This document shows positions 50,089-63,693 of a stretch of DNA of 64,000 nucleotides, piece after piece. Positions within the stretch are counted from its first letter, which is position 1, and each line of letters opens with the position of its first letter. Below the pieces are notes generated by a model that saw nothing but the letters and a program-made list of their open reading frames with translations, was not told where the DNA came from and ran no database searches. Origin of the DNA: Octopus sinensis (taxonomy: Eukaryota); NCBI RefSeq assembly GCF_006345805.1, contig NC_043004.1, forward strand, positions 27,032,001 through 27,096,000, in the 5' to 3' direction. The translations under genes were made by a program, and so were the position numbers.

Positions 50089-50559
50089 GCAAAAATCTCT
50101 TTAAGAGATCAACAGAGTAGTTGTACTATCAAGTAATGTTCATAGCCACTTCAACATGACTGTCCATTTGAAAGGATTTTACTGCAATATTTTAACTCCA
50201 AGAGGACATCTCCTCTAGCTGGTTAATGATGCATAGCTGCATCCAAGATATTGTGAGCAGAGGAGTGAAACCCTATTGCTTTCTAGCGATGGGACCAGCA
50301 GACCAGCCTGCTTTCTTTTACTTCTCTTTAGTACTGGACACCTTGTCTGCAACTGAGGAAATCTTTATTAAGATCACATCAGATCGAAACATAGAATGGG
50401 TACATTACAAGACAGACAAATACAAAATGTTGGATGAATTCAAATGATTATAATAAAAATTTACTTATTTAATAAAATAATTAATTTTAAAACTTTTCAC
50501 TAGAACTCTTTTTTTTCCAAAACAAAAACCATAAACCGAAGAAAAAAATATGAAACAGA

Positions 50560-51435
50560 AAAAAATAGAACAGAAAAAATTGAACCCGACAGCCTATAAG
50601 GCCCAGCAGCTCACTTTTCCTTTCCTCGATGATTAAGCTGGGTTACTAGCACCCACCTTTTTCATCACTTCCTTCCATTGTTGCTCATATTCACACGGCA
50701 GCAGGGTCCTCTTTTCCAACCGCATCTTGCTCTTCAGACGGTATTTGAAGTAAGATAGCAAACCGGGGCTGGAGACGAAGGACCCTGTCACAGAACCTTC
50801 CATTCTTGTTCTCCAAACACACTCTTTCAGTACTGCAACCGTACAGTAAAAGCAAACCTCACCTTCCTTTGAGAGTCCAGTTGGCAGTATCATCTTTATT
50901 ATAGGTCCAGCCAACAGCTGTACTTGTCCCAGATGTGACAACATGTGTTCAACGTAACTTATCAAGCTAGATAGCTCCTGACATTGTACAAAAGCATGCT
51001 GGACAGTTTCATTGTCCAGCCCACACCCTGGACACGTCGGTGGCACTGATATTCCGTGCCTGGATAACTTATCATGAACAGGTAAAGCATTCCAGTAACA
51101 CTGCCTGGTCAGGGATTTTTGGAAGTTGTCCAAATACCCTGGCCTGAAAATTTTCTGAACAGGTTGGTAAGTTGGTTCTCATCAAACCCCAGGACCCCTC
51201 CTAGGACGTCATTATTTTTTGCCTCTACCAGCCCTCTATAGAACACCGAGATGGTATTCCTGCTGCTGACCTTGTCTGTCTTGTGGATCAGCCAGAGTGC
51301 CTGACAGCACTCTTTCTGCCATAAAGTCAGATTGCATCTTTTAATGAAACCGGGTTTAAATCTCTCCAAAGAGGCCGGCCATGGCAAGAACTCCTCTGCC
51401 AATGAACTCCACACCTTATCACCCTCCAGGTGGCA
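50560..51435 (-). mobile_element. Tx1/L1-clade LINE 3' fragment (diverged subfamily)
   Basis: NALPVHDKL...PTCPGCGLDNETVQHAFVQC (CCHC), ISVFYRGLV. Confidence 0.85.
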
Positions 51436-53309
51436 CCAGAAGATAGTGATAGTACTATAATATAGGTGCAAATCTTAATGGCGGTAATGAAATGGAAAAG
51501 TAAGAAATTCAGTGGCTGATGAAGCCAATAGTGGAATGGACAAGAAAAGGGTAACAGATAAGAGGAGGACCTAAGAAAGATGATGATTGAGAGTGTGGAT
51601 TTAAGGGAGAATGGAATGGAGGGTGGCATTCATAAAACATTGGGAGGAGCACAAGCTTTGGTTCAACCCAAACTTTGAGAGTCAATTTCTGGATGGAAAC
51701 TCTATAGATGTTTGGATGGTCTGTGCCAGTAAACCAAGAGTAGAACTTTGCCATATTAGGTCATGCTGACTCGAGAATTGCAAACTAGACTGTCATATAT
51801 GAGGAGAGTCCATCGAATATGTATGTGTATGGTGGGTGGGGAGATGGAAAGTGTATATATGTGTATTATGTGTATATGTGTGTATTATGCATTTCAAAGC
51901 ATATTCATTGTGGTATTTGTTCTTCTCCTTGGTAGAAAAGTACTCCCTTGTCACTTCTCACTATCAAAAATGCAGTAAAGCAGTGATTGGTCCTAACTGA
52001 TAAGATTCCTTGGTTTCCAATTGTAATACAAGGATAATTTAATAACAAAAAGGTTTGTAGAGAAGGTGGTGATAAGTAAATACTGTATAGTTGTGTCCCA
52101 TTTCTGCCAATTCCTCATTCTCAATAAGTTGATTTATTATTAATTATGTATTGGTAGCATAATCATCATTACTTCATAAATGGTATAGGGTATTCAATGG
52201 ATTAAAAGAGATTTAAAATAAACTGGATTAACTCATCTATAAAGATTTATAGTTAAACCAAGATACCAGAAAAATTTGATAGGTACTTCATACAGTTAGT
52301 ACTTCATTCAGCTAGTAGCAGATTGGAGAGAGATGGAAGAGAAATGGAGGGTAGCAAGGAGAGCGAGAAATAGAAGAACTAAAATGTTGGAGAAAATGAA
52401 AGAAAAACAAAAGAGAAAAGTAAAAAGACAGAAAGAAAGAAAGAAAGCGGAGAAGAGTAAGAGACTGTCAGACAATGTAAAATAATGATGAAATAGAGAG
52501 GGATGGGCACAGTGAGAGGTAATGGTAAAGAGAAAAAAAAATATATAGGTCATAGACAGAGACAGGGTGGAAACAAAATGAATTCAAGACGAGAGAGAGA
52601 AGGTGAGAAATACACGGGTTATAAGAGAGATGTGAGGGAGAAGAACGATTCAGGAAGAGAGGAAGGCAAAACAATATGGCTACCAATGTGAAATTCATGT
52701 TGTTATAGTGGAACATTATAAACATTTATGTAACAATCTTCAAAAGAATGAATTACCTTTTGATATTGAACACAAAATATTTAGATTGCTGTTGTTGTAG
52801 ACAGACATTTTAGAGCTATATGAATATTCAAATGTAATTTGTGGTGTATTGTTGTTGTCTAGAGTAATAGTGTATTGGTAATATGTAATATAGTGCAGTG
52901 TAGTAATATAATATCGGCTAATAGCATAGAACTGTAGCGCTATATAATGTCATAATGAATAAGAGTAAAAATATGGTGCAATGTAATTGTGTAGTATAAA
53001 ACAATGTTGTATAAATGTGGTGTTATATGTAATAGCACATTGTAGGATGATTGCTTAGAATTGTGGTGATATAAAGTGTAATAGTAAGTAAGAGAGCTGC
53101 AATGTGGCAGAACAGTGTAGGATAATGTCGTATAAATATTATGGACACAGTGTAAATATTGGAGGCATAATGTGGTCAAGAAGAATAATGTGTTTATAGA
53201 GCTATTTTGTGCAGTGTATAAAGCCATAGAATCAAACTGTAATGCTACAGTATGAAGTAATAATGTAGAAATATTGTTGTGTACGTCTATATCTTTTACT
53301 TGTTTCAGT

Positions 53310-53495
53310 GGATCTTTTCGGTTTGAACGGCAGTTTTTTAAAATAATTTCCACGTAACTAAACACTTTTAAACTTCGTATACTGGTAGAATGTGTTTATA
53401 AAACATCTTTTTCTCTTGGCTTTATTGAGAAAATTCTATAATTTGTAAGATATTTGTTGTTGTTTTTCTTCAATTTCTGCAATTTCAACCAATCA
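53310..53495. mobile_element. Half copy of the 48842 MITE, opposite orientation
   Basis: Same TIR followed by the reverse complement of 49070-49225. Confidence 0.85.
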
Positions 53496-53521
53496 AGATA
53501 TATATATATATATATATATAT

Positions 53522-53900
53522 GTTGGTGTGTCTGTGTTTGTCTCCCCACCATTGCTTCACAACTGATGTTGGTGTGTTTATGTACCTGTAACCTAGTGGT
53601 TTTAGCAAAAGAAACCAATAGAATAAGTACTAGGCATACAAAAAATGAGTCCTAGGGTCGAATTCTTTAACTAAATGTGGTGCTCCAGCATGGCCACAGT
53701 CAAATGACTGAAACAAATAACAGAATACGCACACACACACACATATAATGGGCTTCTTTCAGCTTCTGTCTACTAAATCCACTCACATGGTGTTAGTTGG
53801 CCTGAAGCTATAGGTAGAAGACACTTGGCCGAGGTGTCAAACAGTGGAACTGAGCCTGAAACCATGTGGTGGGAAAGCAAGCTTCTTACCACACAGCCAT
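53522..53900. mobile_element. OR-like SINE pieces: 3' half on plus (53522-53725), 5' half on minus (53745-53900)
   Basis: Homology to 25935-26335. Confidence 0.75.
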
Positions 53901-53955
53901 GTGTAGATGGATAATGTGTATGTGTGTATATAAATTAGTACATATTTATAATGTA

Positions 53956-55238
53956 TTGAGTTGGCAAGAAAGTAATTTAGTTTTTCGCAAAGAGAGTTAC
54001 AATTTTGTTTTTATGACTTTTGTCGATGTTATGATTTTTTCCTTTTGACATTTGGTAGCCATTACTTTGAGATTACTTTAGAAGCAAATTGTGCATAATT
54101 TTGTTTACAGCTGTTATTTCAGTGTCAATTTTAATATGGAGTGCCCAAACAAACATTTTCACCATATTTTGCTTTTTTATTTCTGTAAAGGCAAGAAATC
54201 CGCTGAAGCTCACAAATTGATGTGTGAAGTTTTTGGTGTTGATTGCTTAACAGAATGCTCATGTCAGAAATGGTTTTAAAAATTTTCCATCCTGGAGATT
54301 TTTCACTCAAAGATGACCAACATTCTGGCTGACCTACTGAAGTTGATGATGACTGAATCAAAGTCATAATTTAATCTGATTGTCATATAACTGTACAAGA
54401 AATTGCAGAAAGGTTAAATGTATCACACGCAACAATTGAAAATCAATTAAAATGTCTTGGACTCGTGAAGAAGCTCAAAGTTTAGATTCTACATAGATTG
54501 AAAGAGATTTACTTAACACAACAAATCAACATTTGTGATATGCATCTCAAACACAATGAAATCAACCTTTCCTTGAAACAAATCATCACTGCTGATGACA
54601 AATGGATTGTCTACAATAACATTAATTGAAAACGATCATGGTCCAAGCATAATGAACCAGCATAAACCACATTGAAAGCTGAATTGCATAAAAAAAGGTC
54701 ATGCTGTCAATTTGGTGGGGTTATAAAGGTGTTGTTTATTTTAAGCTGCTTCCAAGGAACCAAACTATCAATTCAAATGTTTACTGTCAACAACTAATGA
54801 AACTGGAGGACCCAATCAAAGAAAAACGGCCAGAATTGGCAAATTGTAAAGGTATCATATTCCACTATGACAACGCTAGACCACACACATCTTTGCTAAC
54901 TCATGAAAAGTTATTGGAGCTTGGTTGGGAAGTAATGTCTCATCTACCATATAGGCCTGAATTTGTACCATCAGATTACCATTTATTTTGAAGTTTACAA
55001 AATTCTTTGAATGGTAAAACTTTCAATAATGATGATAACCTGAAATTGCACTTGCTTCAATTTTTGGCTGATAAGGACAAGAAGTTCTATGAGCTCAGAA
55101 CCATGAAGTTGCCAGAAAGATGGCAAAAATCATTGAACAAAATGGAAAATATATAATCGATTAAAGTTCATTCTTTGTATGAAAAATATGATTTTTATTT
55201 CACACTAAACAACTGAAATTACTTTTCTGCCAACCCAA
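53956..55238 (+). mobile_element. Full-length (1283 bp) mariner, inactive
   Basis: TA-flanked TIRs TTGAGTTGGCAAGAAAGTAATTT / TTGGGTTGGCAGAAAAGTAATTT; IITADDKW, HYDNARPH, PYRPEFVPSDYHLF; multiple stops. Confidence 0.93.
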
Positions 55239-55359
55239 TAATATTGGAAATAGTGTGATAAAAGTGTGGTGCTATATAGTGTTGTCATATAGGACAACAG
55301 TAGTGTATAAATATGGTGTTTTAGTATAATGTTTGGAGTACTTAATATATTTCAACATG

Positions 55360-55790
55360 CATAAGATGGTGAATTGGTAGAATCATTAATCTACCAGGCA
55401 AAATGCTTAGCAGCATTTCCTCCATCACTACATTCTGAGTTCAAATTACACCGAGGATGACTTCCCTTTCATCCTTTAGGGGTCGATAAAATAAGTTTCA
55501 ACTGTGTATTGGAGGTCAATGTAATCGACTTTCCTCCTCTCTCAAAATCACTGGCCTTGTGCCAAAATTTGAGACTGTTATTCACTGCTTATAAGGTAGC
55601 AAGCTGGCAAAATGCTTAATGGCTTTTCATCTGTCTTTACATACTGAGTTTAAATTCTGCCTAGGTTGACTTTGCTTTTCCTCCTTTTGGGGTCAATAAA
55701 ATAGGTACCAGCTGAGGACTGGGGCTGATGTAATCGACCTACTCCTCCCTCGAAATTGTTGGCCTTGTGCCAAAGTTTGAAACCAATATA
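55360..55790 (+). mobile_element. Two head-to-tail tRNA-head SINEs
   Basis: GAGTTCAAATT...GGGGTCGATAAAATAAGT motif twice. Confidence 0.75.
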
Positions 55791-58259
55791 CCTCAACATA
55801 TAATTTAGATTTTAATTTATGTTTTAAGACTGAAATGTGTTGTAATATTAATGAGTAACCTTGGAGAGTCCACTGAAAAAATATTCAGTTCTTGAGTTCT
55901 AGAATTAATACCTTGTGGCAGGTTATATTTCAAGCTAGTAATTGAATAAAATATTCCTTTGTAGCAAGATATAAATAACGAAATATACTTACAGTTATAG
56001 ATATATATAACTGTATAGAATTTATATATGTACAATTAAACCTTCTAATATTTGTCTCTGTTTAATATTCAGTTAACTAAATGAACAGTCAGTTTGTATT
56101 ACTATCATCACCATTTAACATCCATGTTCCATGCTGGCATGGTTTGGATGGTTTGACAGGATCAAATGAGTGACAGGCGGTATCGGGCTTCTAGTTTAGT
56201 TTAGCATGGTTTCTATGGCTTGATGCCTTTACTAATACCAACCACATTTCATCATGTACTTGGTGCTTTTTTCATACCATCAGACTAGTAAGGTTACCAT
56301 GTAGCTTGCAAAACTACAAACCCTGAGACAGTTTTATGCTGGGTGATGTGGGGTTAATGTAAGACAAAATGAACAGGTTTCTTACTGTAGAAGGATACTT
56401 GGTTACTTGCCTTGTAGAAGAGGCAGTGTTGGGTGATCAGGGTGGAGCAAGGAGGAGATAAAAAATAGTGGTAATGAGGAGTCCTAATGGACATTCAAGG
56501 TATGAGGTAAGAGATAGTGATAGTACTATAATAGCTCATTAACTTTTATGTGCATACCAAGAGGATATACCCTACTGTCTCATATTGCTGTATTACATTA
56601 TATACTACTATATAGCACCATATATACTACATTATACAATTTACCAATACAGGTACTATAATGTATCTTCATATGTACAGCATTATGTACTACAGTACTA
56701 CTATATCTACTATATTATATACTATGTATCACCACTTTTATAACACCATACTAAGTGAAATTATTACACAATATTTAGCTATATCATTTCATTACACTAG
56801 TTTGTAATATTACACTGTACTATGCCATACTGTTTTATAGCACTTAACTATATATCACCATATTTCACTATACTATACTTACACAGCACAAAGAAGGAAG
56901 CTATGCACTTCCAGCTCTATATTTGTAAACTGCAATATGACAATCCTTCTAAACTGCTGGATTTATCTGATCCTTTCACAAAACTTCTTAACTGGAAACA
57001 GAAATATTGCTTTACTGTTATTGTCCTTGTCGTGGAGATGTTATAGTTGTGCTTTTGTGGTTTATCCTCCAAATTGTCCTTAATCCAACTCATGATAAAA
57101 AATACTTTGACCATGACTATCTCACTTTGAGGAATAGTGTACCTGGGACTATATTATCCAATGTGTGCTTTCTTAAGATGCTACAGAGTGTTTATTGGAG
57201 AGAATAATTGTCAGCTCTTCTCAGTAGTTTGAAGGAGTTCTCTGTATTGTGCTTTCAAGCATTCATGTTGTTGGTAATCCCTTATCAAGGAGACCTATTA
57301 AGTTCACTTTGATAAGGGGTCACCAATATTCAGGACCTGTCCATCCTGTTTTTGTTTTTATGTTCAAACATTGCATCCCTCCTTTCTTAGAGCATGGGGT
57401 GTGATTTGAGGGACATAGTTATTTAATTAGACAGATCTCTTACTAAAAACTAAAAACATTCCAGTTGTGCCCGTCTAATTTTATTTATAAGCCTTGTATA
57501 CTTGGACTATATTATCTTTTCTTTAGATCTGTAGGGTAGGGTCTAATCTGAAGTGATCTGGCAGCTATATCTAGCAGATTTAATGGCTATATCTTTTGTG
57601 GTTGCTGCAGTTTTATTGTTCGACATTCTGATTATATATATTTATCATCTGATCTCTACATTCTCAGACTCACTGAGAAACTGATAGATACCCTACTCTT
57701 TCACTCAGATGAAATCCTGAAACAAAATTGTAAATTGATAATTTTTCTCTGTTGAGATGATTGTGATAACAGTTTTATGATCCCTACATCATGGAGATTA
57801 TGTAAAGGCCTGCAACCATTCTACTTCCTTCCTATTTATCTTTCTAAAACTAGTCTCTCATAGACTGTAGTTGTACCCTTCAGCCACATCTTCAACTATT
57901 GATTCTCCTTGACGGATTCACATGAAAATAGTTGAGTCTTGTATTTTCTGAAATAAATTGTGGAGGCTTCTTTATCTCTTAGACAGCTTTTCTTGCTTTT
58001 TTTAAATATATAATGAATTTTATCCTTCCATTTTTTTTTTCTATTTTTGCAAGATGTATTGCCAGTGGAATAATAATAATAACAACAACATGCAAAGGTA
58101 TTTGAAACACAACTAAATAGAGGGAGTATTATCAAAGCAACGAATACATTGATCATGCCAATATTAAAACACTCCACTGTTTTCCTAAAAGGGACAAACA
58201 CTTACATATGGGAATTAGATAGGAAAACTAAGAAGTTTCACACAATACACAACATGTAC

Positions 58260-59200
58260 AAGTTATATCGATAGGTACTAGATACTAAGAATGGAGGCAG
58301 AGATTTGTAAAATGCAGAAGACACCATTAGTTCTGTGATGCTGGATTTGAAAATTTGTGATGCGTACAGTGAAAAGAAGAATACTGTTGGCAGCTAGAAA
58401 TATCCAAAATGTCACTGAAACAATAACAGGGTTCAAGAACAGAAGAAAGAACAACAGGACAAATAGTTCATGCAAAAAAACCAAGGATGTTAGAAGAATA
58501 GAACACTGGTTGTGGCTGATAGATGGAAACCAGAAACCTTATTGCCTACTATAGCCATCCAAGAATAAGTTATTAAAACAAACTTGAAAACAAAGGGTGA
58601 TAAAACCAGGTTAGAATTCAAATACAGAATCTGTTGAAAAGATGATGAAAGCATGAACCATTTTTTAAGTGAATGCAGTAAGCTAGCAGTAGAGGTGTGT
58701 ATAGTTGCACTTTAGTAATAAAGGGCATTGGGATGTTAACCAAATTTGTGGTTTCAAAGTAACAGTAAAGTGGTATGAATACAAGTTAGAAGTTGCAATG
58801 GTGAATTATAATTACAGGATTTTTATGGGATTTCTCCATAAAGACTGACTGCATTATTGAAGCAAGGTGACTAGATATGATTACAGAGGACAAAAAGCAT
58901 ATCACAAGATAATAGTGGATACCAAAGAAATTGAGGAAATTGAGAAATCCCAGGACCTATCTTGAGGGATGGAGAGATTGTGAAAGACAAAGGCAAAAAT
59001 TGTTCTAGAGTTAATTAGGGAACTGGCACAACACTCAAACTGCTACATAAGAGGCTGAAAGCTATTGGAATTGAGACCTGCATTGCTTATCTGCAGAAAA
59101 GTGTCATCCTGTATTCTATAAAAATCCAAAGGAAGATATTGAAAATTTAAGGAAACTTGTCACCAAACCTTAAGATAACATATTTGCTGATTAAATTAGC
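58260..59200 (+). mobile_element. Old R4/Dong-type LINE 3' fragment
   Basis: Degenerate ET.G....AQE, ESMNHFLSEC and LEL.GELA motifs; same order as 15190-16122. Confidence 0.6.
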
Positions 59201-59239
59201 ATGTAATAAATTTTGTAGTAGTAGTAGTAATAAAAATAA

Positions 59240-59720
59240 TAATCCTTTCTACTGAAGGTACAAATCCCGAAATAGGATAGGAGGGGGCTAGCGGATTACA
59301 TTGACCCCAGTGTTCAACTGATACTTCTTTTATCGACACTAAAATGATGGAAGGTAAATTGTCCTCTATGGCATTTGAATTCAGAATGTAATGTATTCAG
59401 AAGAAAAATTGCAAGGCATTTGTCTGATGCTCTAAAAATTCTACCAGTTCACTGCCTTAACAACAACGATAATAATATTGATAACAAGAGCAACAACAAT
59501 AATAGTTTCTGATTTAAACACAAATTTGATGAGAGGGGATTTGTCAGTATCACTGCTCCACCATCTTACATGGCTGGTACTTAGTATATTGATAGTGAAA
59601 AAATGAAAGGTAAAGTTTACTTTAGTGAAATTTGAACCCAGAACAAAGAGAGCCACAACAAATTCTATAAAGCATTTTTTCAACACCCACAAAATTTTGC
59701 CAGTTCACCACATTAGCAAC
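59240..59720 (-). mobile_element. Two co-oriented tRNA-head SINEs
   Basis: TTTTATCGAC..AAAATGATGGAAGG..ATTTGAA repeated. Confidence 0.65.
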
Positions 59721-59945
59721 AACAATAACAGTTTTTTTTATATTTGACCACAAGTGTCTCATCAGCACACACACACACACATACACATATGCATGTATGC
59801 ACACACACACACACACACACATGCACTCACGCACTCACACACACACAATGCTTTATACAAATAATTCCAAAAATATTTTAATGCCGATTTAATTAAAGGT
59901 GGAGGAAGAGAATCAAAAATGTAAAAAGAACATCAATCACAACAG

Positions 59946-60009
59946 GTTAGGAACCACCTACAATGGATCACTGGAGCAATTATCTTCTAGCTGTGATATC
60001 CGACCAAAA
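59946..60009 (+). CDS. Candidate 64-nt exon (LGTTYNGSLEQLSSSCDIRPK)
   Basis: cacaacag|...AAAA|gtaagt; one open frame. Confidence 0.25.
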
Positions 60010-60677
60010 GTAAGTAAGTGGCACTCTCATGCATATTAATTTGTACTTATGTTTGATCAAATTATTATAAGGGCAGAACATCACTCTCCTTTCTCCCATT
60101 CCAATTTAAGAAACATTTGAAAAATTTGTGAGGGATTGATTCATGAGATAAACACTTTCGAATGTTTCAAGTATATCACTCATATAAACTACTAAACAAA
60201 GAATACTGCCTGTCTCTCATTGATACAGAGTTTGGCCAGCCTGATCTGCCCTGCATCTATTTGATCTAGCCCACAGGTGAGCAATTTTTGAATACTTATC
60301 TGAAGAATGGTGATCCTCGGTATATTTCTGACAAGCTCAATTGACATCACAACCGCTTAGGTCATTATTTTGAAGAGGCAAAATTTTCCAGTAGTTCTGC
60401 CAGGTCAGAGATATTAAGAAATTACCTATAGTTTTTGAGTTAATAGTCTTTCACAATTACCTGATTTATTGGTCATGGTCAATGACTGCTGTTTCTCCAA
60501 GTCCACCATTAGCTTTCAATACTGTGATAGTGCCAATGTTGTATTAACTAATTTGTTCAACTGGTTGAGAATTGTGAGTATCTGAGGACATCCAGATACT
60601 AGATACCCAATTTTCATTTAAATGTAACTTAATGCTACAACTTTGTCAAAAAGGTCAACTGTAGGAGAGTATCATCA

Positions 60678-61520
60678 ATTTCTTTGGATCAGACAGCATT
60701 TCAAAATGCTGCATCCTATTACAATAACACATTAAGGAATAGTGGATTCTTGGAGAAGATCCAGTACAACCAAGTTAATGCAAGCAAAAATGCCACAAGT
60801 AGAACTAGAACTAGGAGGGTTTTGTGGTTCAACCCAGCATTTAATATGTCCGTAAAAACTAATATAGGCAAGAGATTTTAAAAATTAGTCTCTAAGCATT
60901 TTTAACCTAGCCATAAGTTCTACAGAATATCTAATAGGAGAACACTGAAAATTAGCTATTCTTGTTGTAAAAACTTTGCCTCTTTCATTAGCCAACACAA
61001 CACTAAAATAATTACAGATAACTTCAGTGCCAATTCTAATCTGAAGAATTGTAATTGCAAAGATGAGACCTCTTGTCCATTGGAAGGAAAGTGTCTGGAA
61101 AAAGGGATTGTGTATAGGGCCAAAGTACAAATAGAAGGCTCACAAGAATATAAAACATACACAGGGGCTTCTGAAAATTCTTTCAAGACCCGATTTTATT
61201 CCCACAGAAGTTCCTTCTGGTACCCTGAAAACAGGACAGCGACTAGTCTGGCAAAGCATGTCTGGGAATTGAAAGGAAATGAAACCCATCTTTTTTTATG
61301 TAACATGGAAAATCTTAGACAAATCATCAGCTTACAGGCATGGAGCTCATAAAAGACACATGAAATGCAATTTATGCCTTTCAGAAAAATTCCTCATCTT
61401 GTTCCAGGATAAAAGTGATCACATAAATCAGAGACACGAACTTTTAAATTCCTGCAGGCACACAATAAAATTTAAAATGTCAACTGACAAAATACCATAT
61501 GGATAGTATGTTTGACTTTT
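60678..61520 (+). mobile_element. Penelope-like element 3' part (linker plus GIY-YIG)
   Basis: VLWFNPAFNMSVKTNIGKRF, CNCKDETSCPLEGKCL, IVYRAKV..TYTGASENSFKTRFYSHRSSF, CNLCLSEK. Confidence 0.9.
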
Positions 61521-62019
61521 GAACTATTTTTGACTGCTACTTTTCAATTTGTCTTTGTAATGTATGGTTATTTCTCATTGCAACAATATTGAATATATTT
61601 CAACTCATTCTTTAAGAAAACCTCTGACTGTTTTACATATTGTCTTCAAGCTTAAGCTTTGCTGAGGTTTTTTTATCATTATTATTATTTTTATTTTTTT
61701 TCTATTTTATTTTATTTTATTGAATTTTACAAACTTATTTAATTGTTACATTAAATTTATAAATAATTCCTTATATGGTACTGCATTTTGAAATGCCTTT
61801 TTATCCATATTTTAATTTTATATACACCAAGCAGCTTTTAAAATTGTTTGTATATATATGTTATGATGTAGATATGTCACTATATAGTTATTTTTATGTG
61901 TATGTATGTATTGTGGGTATGCATATGTATGTGTATGTGTCCGTACGGGTACATGTACGTGTGTGTAAGTAAATGTGTATGTTTATATTTATGTATATAT
62001 GTGTATATACTTATATTTA

Positions 62020-62205
62020 TCATCATCATCGTTTAACGTCCGTTCTCCATGCTAGCATTGTTTGGATGGTTCGACCGGGGATCTAGGAAGCCAGAAGGCT
62101 GCACCAGGCTCCAGTCTGATCTGGCAGTGTTTCTACAGCTGGATGCCCTTCCCAACGCCAACCACTCCGTGAGTGTAGTGGGTGCTTTTTACGTGCCACC
62201 CTGCA
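62020..62205 (-). mobile_element. RTE-type 3' tail repeat
   Basis: CATCATCATCGTTTAACGTCCG...GGATGCCCTT...GTGCTTTTTACGTGCCACC. Confidence 0.8.
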
Positions 62206-62595
62206 TGTGAGCATGTATTTGCTTACATATTTTTGTATATTTATATACGTAATCACATATGTGTATTTGTATGCATATCTATAGTTATGTGTATATACAT
62301 AAGTAATTTTATTTTATGTGTGTATTTGTTGAGCACAATTCGTGAAGTATCACACCTTTCTTTTTCCTATTTGATACTCGTTGGCGTCTTTACATAGCAA
62401 CCTCTTTCTCTCTTGTCTCACTAGATTTCTGTTTCAGTTTCTTTTTCTTTCTTTATTTTCTCTCTCCCTCCTCCCTATGTTTAATGCACTTCCCATCCAT
62501 TTCGTCGGCAACAACGGACCTGTATATGTATACACCAAGAGATTTTGTGCGTGTGTATGCGTGTGTACATATATGTATATGTGTATTTGTGTATA

Positions 62596-62720
62596 TATTT
62601 ACGGCTATACTCCATGGTAGTGATACATGGGTTCTAAATGCAGAAGACATACATAGACTGGAGAAGAACGAAGGTAGTATGCTCCATTGGATGTGCAACA
62701 TCAGTGTGCATGTACGACAA
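62596..62720 (+). mobile_element. RTE LINE internal fragment
   Basis: ILHGSDTWVLNAEDIHRLEKNEGSMLHWMCNISVHVRQS; same family as 90-410. Confidence 0.8.
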
Positions 62721-62967
62721 AGTGCAAATGTGCCACTGTATCATTGCTCTCTTGGCCCTGTGCCACTGTATCATTGCTATTCACTACCTTCTGGCCTGTG
62801 TGCTCCATCCGGACCCTGTCTCACTGTATCGTTACCTATGCCTGGCACTTTGTCACCATCTCTATCCTGCTGTCTTCCTTTCTCTCTCTCCTACTCCTGC
62901 ACTTCCTGCAGGTTGGATGACCCTGTATTTCCTTTGCGCAGCACATATGTTTCTGTCTTCATTCTTT

Positions 62968-63007
<40 letters not shown>

Positions 63008-63159
63008 CTGTCAGGTAACCTTGTACCTCCTCTACAGCAGAACACCTGTTTCTGTCTCTCTGTTTGACTATTACCTTTCAACATCTGACACAAGATCTCC
63101 TCCTCCAATGCCCCGCCCCCTCTCAAAAATGGTTTTTTTCTCTGTCTTACAGGGTCACG

Positions 63160-63693
63160 AGAGTTTGTGAGGAACCTATTGACCCAATTTGTTGACTTTT
63201 CTGATGGCACACAAGTACCGATGAATGGTTGAATGACCAAATTCAAGATTCTCTGCTAGTTCTTCAACAGTTACCATGAGATTTTACTTCACTAGGGTTT
63301 GCAGGACGTCCTCATCAAGCTCTACAGATCTTCCAGGACAAGGCTTGTCTTCTAGGCTGTAGTTTTCAGCTCAGAATTTCTGGAACTACCATTGACACTG
63401 GCTTATTGTCCAATCCTCATTTACTGCATTAATATTCCTCACACTTTCCATTGCATCGTTGCCTTTATTGAATTAATAAAGCAAAATATGTTCCTTTGTC
63501 ACTTACATTATAGTTTTGAAAAAATAGCTGTTAAAATCGAACTGCACTCTTCAGAATTTGCACTAAGAATAAGGACAAGGTAAAATGACTACCTGCTTTT
63601 ATGCCAAGTTGATGCATGTAGTTTATCCTGTCTCCCTCCGACTTTTAGTTCATGCAATTGAAAAAAGACTGCATTATTTATGGGATGACCCAA
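63160..63693 (-). mobile_element. mariner 5' part
   Basis: TA|TTGGGTCATCCCATAAATAATG TIR; LEDKPCPGRSVELDED, VTVEELAE, KLGQ*VPHKL. Confidence 0.8.

Noticed and set aside
50363-50400. CTGAGGA...GATCGAAACATAG hammerhead-like string and the overlapping ORF VLDTLSATEEIFIKITSDRNIEW
   Set aside because: Stem III, NUH and stem I are absent. The ORF has a good acceptor but a weak donor and no recognisable homology.
60220-60267. Strong splice pair (gatacag / CAG|GTGAGC)
   Set aside because: Stops in all three frames; could only be non-coding or poison.
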